From assembly GCA_964513105.1 (NCBI GenBank), contig CAZEMW010000001.1, positions 1 through 27,822 on the forward strand: a DNA stretch of 27,822 bases, given 5' to 3'. Under the pieces are notes generated by a model that was not told where the DNA came from, made no database searches, and saw only the letters and a list, made by a program, of their open reading frames with translations. The translations under genes were made by a program, and so were the position numbers. Source of the stretch: an uncultured Fibrobacterota bacterium (GTDB lineage Bacteria; Fibrobacterota; Chitinivibrionia; Chitinivibrionales; CAYFVL01). Shown here piece by piece: positions 1 through 8,406 of the stretch. Every line of letters starts with the position of its first letter. Within the stretch, counting starts at the first letter, position 1.

Positions 1-2
1 AG

Positions 3-125
3 ATTGAGTCATCCTATGTTTTTACTCGGGATTATCATGATTTCCGGCTGGGCGACCGGGGGGAATTCCAAATGAATACTCAGTTCGACAAAGAAAGTAA
101 CAATTCGGCGTTAAGAAATTATTAG
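3..125 (+). CDS. Possible 3' end of a gene entering from outside the window
   Basis: Frame 3 is open from base 3 to TAG at 123-125 (IESSYVFTRDYHDFRLGDRGEFQMNTQFDKESNNSALRNY*). No motif recognised. Confidence 0.3.
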   Translation: MESSYVFTRDYHDFRLGDRGEFQMNTQFDKESNNSALRNY

Positions 126-682
126 AGAGAACGATTCCCCCTCAACATACATTGCCCTCCTCCGGGCAAGGTCGAAAGCGTCAGGCTTTGCACGATGGAT
201 TTGCCGGCACCCGAGCTTGCCCGGATCTGAAGGCGCTTGAAGCAGGGAGTGGGGGATGAGTGGTGGTCGCCAAGCTGCGTCGAAAAAGCCCTTCGCCTCG
301 ATTTCACCAGTCTCCGGTCCACGCCTGTTGGAACCGGAGAACGATGTCCCGTTTTTCAAACCGGGGCCATTCACCCTCCGAATATGCAACTGCCGGGCCG
401 GCCTGAGATAATGCATTCCTAAGGTGAGAGTCGATTCCCCGCTGTCCGATATGGGCTTTGTAGAGGGTATTTCGTGGAATACTTTCTACCCCAAATCGCT
501 TCAGACATGTTTTCAGATTCTAAAAAGCCTTCGCAGAAATGAAAAGGTCGAACGGCATTTCCCTCGTCTTTGCATCGGGTATAAAAGAGCAACGTGGAGG
601 AAGACTGTGATTTCTTGAATTTGGTATCCGAATTGCATGGGAACACGACTCTTTGAACCGGCATCCTCAAGCGGGAGTCTTC

Positions 683-1789
683 ATGGGGCCTCGATCGTCC
701 GATTATTTTATTGTCCCCGAAAGCTACGCACGCGATAAGGCTCATGGCCTTTTTTCCGACCGGGGCCCCTTACTGGTAGCCTCGTGCAGATCAGGAGAAG
801 AACTGGCCCGGGCAATCGTGGATAACTACTATCAATTTGCCCGAGACTCGGGAAGCGGGCGTGATGTGCGTGTGCTGGAGAACATCGATTCACAGTTTTC
901 GGACTCGGAAACGAACGTTCGTTTAACGCGGCATGTGGGTGGCGCGGATGCGTTCGTTGTGCAGTCTCTCTACGATCCGGAGTGCGGGCGAAGGGTCGAT
1001 GAAAACTATGTGGCGCTTCTTATCGCTGCGCGGGCGCTCAAGGAGCATGGCGCTCGATATGTCACCGCCGTGGTGCCGTATCTCGCCTACGCACGTCAGG
1101 ATAAACCGACTCGATTTACTCGGGAAGCGACCACGGCTCGTCTTATGGCCGACCTGAGTATCGAGTCCGGTATCGACCGAATCATGACCTGGCATCCGCA
1201 CAGCCGTCAGGTTGAAGGCTTTTACGGCACCACACCGGTCAACATGCTCGAACCATACGACCTGTTTTGCGAGCAGTACGCCGATTATCGCAATGATCCG
1301 GAAACGATTCTGGTGGCACCCGATGCCGGGGCGGCGAAGATGGTTACTCATGTTGCACGAATCATGGGGCTGAATGCCGCAATAGCTTCAAAGTTTCGTC
1401 CCGCTCCCGAAGCGGTAGAGAATGCCGAGATAATTGGGAATTTTACGGGTAAACAGAGAGCTATCCTGCTGGACGACATCATCAGCAGCGGCGGAACGCT
1501 TCGTGCGGTATCCGAAAAACTCGCGGGAGAGATCGGTATCCCCGAAATCATGCTTGGGGTTTCGCATAACCTTTGTACCGAGAAAGCCTATGACCTGCTC
1601 GATGAACTCCATCGTGATCACGGGTTAACACGGGTAACGACAACCGACAGTATTCCACAAACAAAACGATTTCGCCGCGTACCGTTCCTCCAGGTCAGTA
1701 CGTTGGCTGAGCGGTTGGCGCGCGCAATAAATCGAGTACACTATGACCATTCGGTGAGTGAGATATTCCGATCGGGGGATGAAGCCTGA
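683..1789 (+). CDS. prs: Ribose-phosphate pyrophosphokinase (PRPP synthetase), divergent
   Basis: Motifs FSDSE, AVVPYLAYARQDK, APDAGA and LLDDIISSGGT (PRPP-binding loop). The ORF is open from 653; ATG 683 is preferred because GGGAG lies upstream. Confidence 0.92.
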   Translation: MGPRSSDYFIVPESYARDKAHGLFSDRGPLLVASCRSGEELARAIVDNYYQFARDSGSGRDVRVLENIDSQFSDSETNVRLTRHVGGADAFVVQSLYDPECGRRVDENYVALLIAARALKEHGARYVTAVVPYLAYARQDKPTRFTREATTARLMADLSIESGIDRIMTWHPHSRQVEGFYGTTPVNMLEPYDLFCEQYADYRNDPETILVAPDAGAAKMVTHVARIMGLNAAIASKFRPAPEAVENAEIIGNFTGKQRAILLDDIISSGGTLRAVSEKLAGEIGIPEIMLGVSHNLCTEKAYDLLDELHRDHGLTRVTTTDSIPQTKRFRRVPFLQVSTLAERLARAINRVHYDHSVSEIFRSGDEA

Positions 1790-1971
1790 GATAGTGAGGA
1801 TACGGAAAATTGCTCGGGATAGCGAAGCCGGTTGGGAGACGTACACTGTCGGGACATATATTTCGCATATCGGAAGTCCACCGAGCGTCTTCCGAAAGCC
1901 GTTGAGTCGAATCAAACAATGGTCTTCGAGCGACCAATCATTAAACCATTCCAGACGACAAGGAGGCAGCA

Positions 1972-2241
1972 ATGCCCGAAAGCGAAAACGCTTATTTTGT
2001 TGTGGGTGTTCACATTACCGATCGTGTATCTCACGTGCCCTCGGTACAAGGGGTGTTGACCGAATACGGCTGTAATATCAAGACTCGAATCGGACTCCAC
2101 GAAGTCTCCGACGGATTCTGCTCTCCCAATGGTCTTCTTCTGGTAGAAATGGTCGGTACCACGGAAACTGTTAATAACTTCGTTTCTGCACTGAAAGCAA
2201 TCGAAGGAGTCGATGTGCAGCAGATGGTATTTCCGCGCTGA
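1972..2241 (+). CDS. TM1266-like / 'iron-only hydrogenase system regulator' family small ACT/NikR-C-like protein
   Basis: 89 aa with VQGVLTEYGCNIKTRIGLHEV and CSPNGLLLVEM, a pattern typical of this family. Strong RBS AAGGAGG upstream. Confidence 0.75.
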   Translation: MPESENAYFVVGVHITDRVSHVPSVQGVLTEYGCNIKTRIGLHEVSDGFCSPNGLLLVEMVGTTETVNNFVSALKAIEGVDVQQMVFPR

Positions 2242-2254
2242 AAAAGAGGATAGG

Positions 2255-2288
2255 CAGAGGTCGGGAAGCCCTGCATTCCCGACCTCTG
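2255..2288. terminator. 13-bp perfect hairpin, probable terminator between convergent genes
   Basis: CAGAGGTCGGGAA (2255-2267) and TTCCCGACCTCTG (2276-2288) with an 8-nt loop, 14 nt after the stop at 2241. No clear U-tract. Confidence 0.6.
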
Positions 2289-2480
2289 TGATTCGAAAGG
2301 CAACAGTCGTTCCGACGATCGTGGTTATCGGAAGCGGAAGAATGATTGGGTAACCGCATCTCCAGGTGTCTTTACCTGTACGATATACAGACCCGACGAG
2401 AGTGTCGCAGTAGACACCGTACGAACACCGCCGATTCAGCTTCTGCGGAGAAACCTGCTTCCAGGTCTCGACTAAATGGC

Positions 2481-2564
2481 GCAGCTCCGTCCCCATGTCC
2501 GTCCGGCGTTGCTGAAGCGCAAGCCACTCCTCGGATATTGGCCGCCGACTGCAGCTCCGTCCCC
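2481..2564 (+). repeat. Two direct copies of the dispersed repeat GCAGCTCCGTCCCC
   Basis: Exact 14-mers at 2481-2494 and 2551-2564, intergenic. Confidence 0.85.
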
Positions 2565-2595
2565 AGGGAGGGAGAGGAGAGGGTTCCCCAAGAGG

Positions 2596-3840
2596 TTACC
2601 GTCGACTATCCCCGGAGAAACCCTCGGTTTCCAGCTTTGTGCCACCGTCGTCCGAGACCACGATGGGTTGCCGGGTTGGTGCGGCTCGTCGGTTTGGGCT
2701 CGGCTCCTGAGTTCTGCCGTTTAGTGTAAATACCTTACCGCGGTGACGCCCGTACGACGGCAATGAAAGCGGGGAATGTTGCGGTTCGCGGTTCAGCGTC
2801 GACACATTTCCATAATCCACGCCTGGGAAAAAAATGCGGGCAATCGCGACACCACTCTCTGCAGCAACGGAGTAACAAAGGTAATCCTGATTTTCGACAG
2901 TGTAGACTTTGGGGTCCCGGAGTTCGTGCTTCCCGGTATGTCCTCCGGCGGAGACCTTGATCGGGAAATTCACTCCCTCCCAGTCGTATTCAGGCCGGAG
3001 CAGCGATTGGCCTTCCGATACAATCCAGTTCGAGGTGTCGGGATCGGTAAAATTAACGACCTTGATAACCTTGAGATGCTCCAGTGTATCACCCCGATTG
3101 CTGTATAAAACGTACATGGTATCCTGTACAAGACGCAGACTGGAATGGCGTGCAAACTTGATTGTTTCTATAGGATCTTCCGGTAATTTATATATCATCG
3201 CATATCTGTCGGAATGCTTCTCGGTTCCCCGATCGGTAATCAAGGAATCCGATCGAAACAACTCACCCTTTTTCCCAACACCGTAGTATTTCCCGTCAAT
3301 AGCCTGCTTAACAACGAAATACGCGGGGATCCAGTAGTCCGTGCCGTGCCACGTTACACCATCATCACTCAGGGCTATGCTTCCGTGATGACCATAGCAT
3401 GAACTCATACCGTGAAAGAACATTACAAATCTCTGCTGATCATCAACCACATGGACATCCGGTGCCGAGATATGATCCACTTCTCCGTCACAGGTCTCTT
3501 CAATCGGCAAAACCCCGGGCTCATACACCGTCCAGGGGCCGTTGATATTATCGGAGTACGATAGGTCGAGATGGTCCCGACCGTGGTGCTGGGCACTATA
3601 CAAATAGTATTTGCCCAGAGGGTTTTCTACCCATGAAGGCACTTTGATCAGGCAGCCGCTCATGAGGCTGTGTTCGGTACGATCTTCGGAAAACATATCC
3701 AGGGTGAGCATGGGGTTGTCGGGAAGACGCTCTACACGAATTCCAAAGGGCGTAAAATTGTACCCATCTTCGGCCAGGGCCGGAGCGTGAGTTCCAAATA
3801 TCATAAAAAGGGACAAACTCGCCAAAATAACAACCCGCAT
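2596..3840 (-). CDS. Secreted five-bladed beta-propeller glycoside-hydrolase-like protein (GH43/GH32-like superfamily) with a short C-terminal tail
   Basis: Signal peptide MRVVILASLSLFMIFGTHAPALA. Motifs VPSWVENPLGKYYLY, GPWTVYEPG, HISAPDVHV and ELRDPKVY. Tail contains VFTLNGR. Confidence 0.7.
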   Translation of the reverse strand: MRVVILASLSLFMIFGTHAPALAEDGYNFTPFGIRVERLPDNPMLTLDMFSEDRTEHSLMSGCLIKVPSWVENPLGKYYLYSAQHHGRDHLDLSYSDNINGPWTVYEPGVLPIEETCDGEVDHISAPDVHVVDDQQRFVMFFHGMSSCYGHHGSIALSDDGVTWHGTDYWIPAYFVVKQAIDGKYYGVGKKGELFRSDSLITDRGTEKHSDRYAMIYKLPEDPIETIKFARHSSLRLVQDTMYVLYSNRGDTLEHLKVIKVVNFTDPDTSNWIVSEGQSLLRPEYDWEGVNFPIKVSAGGHTGKHELRDPKVYTVENQDYLCYSVAAESGVAIARIFFPGVDYGNVSTLNREPQHSPLSLPSYGRHRGKVFTLNGRTQEPSPNRRAAPTRQPIVVSDDGGTKLETEGFSGDSRR

Positions 3841-4330
3841 TGAAATGCCTCCCTCGGCTTAATCCTTACCAATCATGTCGCATCGAAGGAGCGATAGAGA
3901 TTCTCTCCGTTCCGACCCATTCGATGGCGTCCGTGTAGTAAAAGTAGAGAGATCAAAGCGGCGTTGTTTCATGTTTGGGTATCATGGTATCATAATATGG
4001 CAATTAAGAAAACTCTTCACCGAAAGAGTATCGCCGCTCAGACCTGGAAATACCCGTGGTCGGGACCGGCGATACCAGGTGAAATCGACAAATCGTGCGA
4101 CTCTCGTCTGGGATGCCGCCGGAAAGCTACGTGAAAGGGACCGTCTCGACCGTGCAGATACGGGACACGCCGAGGGGAGTGGCAGCAATCAGTCCTGCCG
4201 CACAATGAAGCCGGGTGTTTTGCGTATATTTGGTTAGCATCTCGGGATGTGACTATTGAGGTGGATGGTCAAACAACCTTTGTGGACAAATAACACACCA
4301 AAACTTGTGCTGCGTTGCACTGCGGCGCAC

Positions 4331-4370
4331 TGAGCTTGCCGAAGTGAGCTTGCCGAAGTGCCGAAGTGAG
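4331..4370 (+). repeat. Short tandem repeat TGAGCTTGCCGAAG x2 plus a partial copy
   Basis: TGAGCTTGCCGAAG (4331-4344), TGAGCTTGCCGAAG (4345-4358), TGCCGAAG (4359-4366), TGAG. Confidence 0.85.
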
Positions 4371-4456
4371 TCCCGATCATACATCGGGAAAGTGAAGCGT
4401 GGATTTGCCGGACAGACAGTTTAAGTTGTAAAACAGGTTTCAAGGTTGGGGGCTGA

Positions 4457-5665
4457 ATGCTAAGTGCGGTTCTTATTGGCGCCGGTGGCTATGGAAGATT
4501 CTACATAAAGAGAGTGCTTGAATGCCCGGACTTGGATATCCGCGTTGCAGGAGTTGTTGATCCTGCTCCCGAGCGGTGCGATCGTCTTGATGAACTCCGT
4601 GCTCTCGGAGCTGTTCACTACCATTCGCTGGATGATTTCTATCGAGGTAATTCGGCCGATATCGCGGTCATATCCTCGCCTATTCAGTTGCACTCCCCCC
4701 ATATGCTGACCGCTTTGGCTCACGGCTCTCACGTGCTTTGCGAGAAGCCACTCTGTCCGCTAATTCAGCAGGTCCCGGATTTGGTACGAGCGCGGGACAG
4801 CGCGAAGAAGATCGTTTCTATCGGATACCAATGGTCCTTCAGCAGAGCCATACAAGCGTTGAAAGCAGACATAATGGACGGCTGGTACGGTAAGCCTGTC
4901 CAACTGAAGACGATCGTACTCTGGCCTCGCGGCAACCGCTACTACACGCGAAATGACTGGGCCGGTGCTATACAGGATCCACGGGGGGCTTTTGTGCTCG
5001 ATAGTCCCGTCAACAATGCTGCCGCCCATTTCCTTCACAACATGCTCTATGTCCTTGGCGATGCCCCAGATACAAGTGCCAGTCCGGTGGAAGTAGAGGG
5101 AGAGGCCTACCAAGCCAACGATATTGAGAACTACGATACCGCATTTCTGCGCTGTCGCACCGCGGAGGGGGTACCTGTTATGCTTTTTACTTCCCACGCA
5201 ACCCGGTCTCGACGCGATCCTCGGTTCGAGTTTATATTCGAGAATGGGGTTGTGAGTCTGGATGAAGGCTCGGGAGCGCTTTCCGGCCGTCGTAACGACG
5301 GTGCGGAGCGTGCCTACGGAGTTCCCGAGGCGGATGTCGACCGAAAACTTTCTCAGACTCTCGAAGCAGTCCGTCATGGTGAGCGGTCGCTGTGCGGGAT
5401 TGAAGCCGGTACGGCACACACACGTTGTGTAAACGGATTCCAGGAATCGCTTCCCGAAATAGTCACATTTCCCGCCGGCATAGTGCGGGAAGAAACGGGG
5501 GAGGATACCCGCCGATGGGTGGAGGGGCTTGACGACATTTTCGAAGAATGCTACGGCCGATTCGCGTTACCTTCGGAATGCGGCGTTTCCTGGGCGCGGA
5601 AGGGAGGGCTGCTCAATTTGGCCGACTACAACCATTTTCCCCGGGAAAGCGGAGCCGGGGAATGA
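4457..5665 (+). CDS. Gfo/Idh/MocA family oxidoreductase
   Basis: Rossmann motif LIGAGGYG, HVLCEKPL, then SIGYQW and NNAAAHFLH. Confidence 0.92.
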   Translation: MLSAVLIGAGGYGRFYIKRVLECPDLDIRVAGVVDPAPERCDRLDELRALGAVHYHSLDDFYRGNSADIAVISSPIQLHSPHMLTALAHGSHVLCEKPLCPLIQQVPDLVRARDSAKKIVSIGYQWSFSRAIQALKADIMDGWYGKPVQLKTIVLWPRGNRYYTRNDWAGAIQDPRGAFVLDSPVNNAAAHFLHNMLYVLGDAPDTSASPVEVEGEAYQANDIENYDTAFLRCRTAEGVPVMLFTSHATRSRRDPRFEFIFENGVVSLDEGSGALSGRRNDGAERAYGVPEADVDRKLSQTLEAVRHGERSLCGIEAGTAHTRCVNGFQESLPEIVTFPAGIVREETGEDTRRWVEGLDDIFEECYGRFALPSECGVSWARKGGLLNLADYNHFPRESGAGE

Positions 5666-5719
5666 GTATGCCGCTATTTCGCCGGTTCGGTAGCTGAGCC
5701 GAAGCATCCGGCGTACGGC

Positions 5720-7309
5720 GTGGTAGAACGAGGAGCTGTCAATAGTTTGAAAACCGGCAAAGAGAATACATCCCTTGTCGATATGTGCGTTCATCGACTG
5801 CGAACCGTTCTTGACGCAAACAAGCCTCTAACCATATCTTCTCTCAGTAGACAATGGGGTGTCTCCAGGCCAACCCTGCGCAAAGCCGTGAATATTCTCA
5901 GGGAGGAGGGGATACTTGACCGGGCTCCCGGGATTCGGTCACGGAAGAACTCTCCGGATTCCGATGATGAGACCTCTTCTTCACGAGTCCGGCTTGCCGA
6001 GGAGCTACGGACCGCCATCTTGGGGGGAATCTACAGAGAAGAAGCTGCGCTTCCGAAATTCGAGGTGATTGCATCAGAGTATCGTGTCTCCCGTACGACC
6101 GTGGCCGGTGCGGTGGAGATCCTTGCAGCCGAAGATCTCGTACGTAAAGAAGGTCGGAAGTGGATAGTACATGGCGCGACCGGTAGTGCCCGCATTACCG
6201 GGAACACCGTTTTGAAAGGGACTGTCGTTCTTCTAATGCAAGGACCGCGTCAGTGGTTCAAAATGGCATCGAACCCTCGCATCGCATCGTTCTGTGACGT
6301 ATTCACGAGTGAGGTTCAAAAATCACGGCACCTGCTTAAGTCCGCCTTATTAAAGGAGGCGGTACCGTGCACCTACGGGCTTCCTACCGGGCTCGCTCAG
6401 ACCCTGCAGTACATCGGCAAACTCAAGGAAGGATATCGTGGGGCACTAGTCACCGTGCAGACTGCATCACGGCTGAAAGAGTGGCTTCCTTCGCTCACCC
6501 GCCTCGGCCGCCCCGTCGTGATCTTCCATATCGTACCGCAGACCACCGAATCATCTTTGCAATTAGAATCCTATCCGGGGGTTACTCATGTTTACAGTTC
6601 AGAGCGACGCATTGTCGAAACCGCTCTTGAGACTATTGTTCAAGCGGGTCACCGAAATATCGGATACCCGATACCGGCCGACACTCCCTGGATATGGGAA
6701 CGCTACAACCTTCTCTCTCGAACCGCGAGTGCCGAACACTCATCGGTACGGATTTCGTGCGCCGCTATGGATCCTGCTTTCTGGGACGAAATGCGGAACG
6801 AGGGATTCCTGGAAGCATACGAACGGCTTCGAAAGACCGGACTTCCCCACATGCGCGCCACGGCGGCCGAGTTCATCCATCGGGCTCGTACCAGCCCCTC
6901 CTTTTCACCGGATTGGCCGAGCCGACACACCGCCGGCACGCTGCTGAGTTTAAGCCATGTTCTCGTTCCATTGATCAGGGATATGAATGTGACCGCCTTG
7001 ATCGCCCCGAATGACCACTGGGCTTCTGCTATCTATTCGTGGCTCAGCGCCGCGCGTGTACGTATCCCCAAAGACATCTCAATAATCTCGTTTGATAATC
7101 ATATCAGATATCGAGGGGTCCCCGTCTCCACCGTGGATATGGGTTACGGAACGTTGGGATATACAACCTTTCAGACGTTTCTTTCGTCGGACAACGTAAA
7201 GAAAGCCCCTTCGGCCATCGTATCCCGTCCGTTCACTGTCCTGCGGGGTTCGATATCAACACCCAATTTTCAAAGGGATTGGGGAACGCTCTACGGAGAA
7301 CTTCGGTGA
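5720..7309 (+). CDS. Transcriptional regulator: two tandem GntR-type wHTH domains plus a LacI/periplasmic-binding-type effector domain
   Basis: HTH1 LTISSLSRQWGVSRPTLRKAVNIL; HTH2 LPKFEVIASEYRVSRTTVAGAVEIL; C-terminal IAPNDHWA and IPKDISIISFDN. Start uncertain (GTG 5720 or ATG 5783). Confidence 0.85.
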   Translation: MVERGAVNSLKTGKENTSLVDMCVHRLRTVLDANKPLTISSLSRQWGVSRPTLRKAVNILREEGILDRAPGIRSRKNSPDSDDETSSSRVRLAEELRTAILGGIYREEAALPKFEVIASEYRVSRTTVAGAVEILAAEDLVRKEGRKWIVHGATGSARITGNTVLKGTVVLLMQGPRQWFKMASNPRIASFCDVFTSEVQKSRHLLKSALLKEAVPCTYGLPTGLAQTLQYIGKLKEGYRGALVTVQTASRLKEWLPSLTRLGRPVVIFHIVPQTTESSLQLESYPGVTHVYSSERRIVETALETIVQAGHRNIGYPIPADTPWIWERYNLLSRTASAEHSSVRISCAAMDPAFWDEMRNEGFLEAYERLRKTGLPHMRATAAEFIHRARTSPSFSPDWPSRHTAGTLLSLSHVLVPLIRDMNVTALIAPNDHWASAIYSWLSAARVRIPKDISIISFDNHIRYRGVPVSTVDMGYGTLGYTTFQTFLSSDNVKKAPSAIVSRPFTVLRGSISTPNFQRDWGTLYGELR

Positions 7310-7406
7310 TGAAACCTGAGGTTCACCTTTGCCGGAATTGGGGGCTAGTGCCTCGTCCGACAATCGGGCGATATCCCGTTGACGGCAAGAATCGCCTTTC
7401 AAGAGC

Positions 7407-7460
7407 TGGGGGCGGAAACTGAATTGCCTTTCTGAATGTAGTTATGCAGCTCCGTCCCCA
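7407..7460. repeat. Imperfect inverted pair containing a GCAGCTCCGTCCCC copy
   Basis: Exact copy at 7446-7459. A degenerate reverse-strand copy TGGGGGCGGAAACTGAAT lies at 7407-7424, between convergent genes. Confidence 0.6.
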
Positions 7461-7496
7461 AATGCCATAAAGAACTGAACGTCTGGTCGGCCTCGA

Positions 7497-8048
7497 TCAG
7501 TAGCCGGGATAGTTCAATACGTCTTTATGCCGATCGGGATCGCTTTTCGCTTCTTCATCAAAATCGGCTTGAGTCTCCTGGTAATCTTCCGGATCCATAT
7601 CTTCACCGGGATTGGCGCTGTCATACACATAGTAATCACAATCTTCGATATCTTTCTCCGCTTGCTCGGGATCGATTGCAATAAATCCTGTTCTTGCTTT
7701 CATGATTCCAGGGAATATGGCTTGCGTAAGATAGTACACCTTTCCGGCCTCGAAATCAAACCGTGCACACCCAACGTTCTCCGCCTGAGACATGACGTAA
7801 TGAGTCCCGGGTTCAACCTCTGTCAGAAAATAGGTTTTCCCTTTTGTCTGTCCGATGTGCTTCCCGTCCAGGTAGTTGTCGACAACCATTGCAAACCCGA
7901 AATTGGTCGCTCGAATTATCACCAGGGTTGCTTTGTCCGCAGGTGCCTTGATTTCAGGCCGCTGTTCCTGCTGAACCATACCGAAATTACCACACGATGC
8001 AACCAACAGCGTTGCGACTACTGCGAGAGATAAGCCGATGCGTTTCAC
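7497..8048 (-). CDS. DUF2846-like lipoprotein
   Basis: Lipobox LLVASC; ATLVIIR, YLDGKHIG, YFLTEVEPGTHYV and EAGKVYYL. GTG start at 8048 follows AAGGAG (ORF open from 8087). Confidence 0.75.
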   Translation of the reverse strand: MKRIGLSLAVVATLLVASCGNFGMVQQEQRPEIKAPADKATLVIIRATNFGFAMVVDNYLDGKHIGQTKGKTYFLTEVEPGTHYVMSQAENVGCARFDFEAGKVYYLTQAIFPGIMKARTGFIAIDPEQAEKDIEDCDYYVYDSANPGEDMDPEDYQETQADFDEEAKSDPDRHKDVLNYPGY

Positions 8049-8406
8049 ATGGGCTCCTTTCTTGTAGGAGGAAATGAGAGAAAACATGTAATCCGAATAT
8101 ACATCCTCCCGATGCGCTGTCCAAGCGTTCCAGGTTCACATCGGATAGCACGATTCTCTAGTGGGATATGGGTTTTCACGCAGAAGAGTGCGGCGGAAGA
8201 GAATATGCAGCTCCCCCATCGGCCACGGCCGTGAGGGTCTGAAAAGGCGGGGAACACGCCCTAACCTTTTCTCATGCCCGGAAAAGCCGGCTACCAGGGA
8301 TTCCTGCAGGTAGTATCCTTGTACCCGCCTGCAACGTAACAGCTCAACGGTACTGTGGAAAAGTCTTCCGGTAAACACCCTCATCTCGCCGGTGCCCCGC
8401 CTTCGC

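Noticed and set aside
160-195. c-di-GMP-I riboswitch-like words (GGGCAA...GAAA...GCTTTGC)
   Set aside because: The order and pairing do not fit the GEMM consensus on either strand.
111-745. Short ORFs 111..416, 237..422, 419..745 and 424..618
   Set aside because: Mutually overlapping, no motifs, no convincing RBS.
1758-2075. 105-aa ORF (or MKPEIV... from 1779) between prs and the small regulator
   Set aside because: It overlaps the well-supported 1972..2241 gene by about 100 nt, has no recognisable motif and a basic/Cys-rich tail typical of off-frame reading. A short real peptide cannot be fully excluded.
3875-4237. 120-aa ORF on the + strand
   Set aside because: Arg/Ser-rich, no motif or RBS, and starts only 35 nt from the divergent gene start, leaving little room for promoters.
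8244-8403. Firm 6S RNA annotation
   Set aside because: I could not identify conserved 6S sequence elements, and the usual zapA/ygfA-type context is absent. Kept only as an unassigned structured element.
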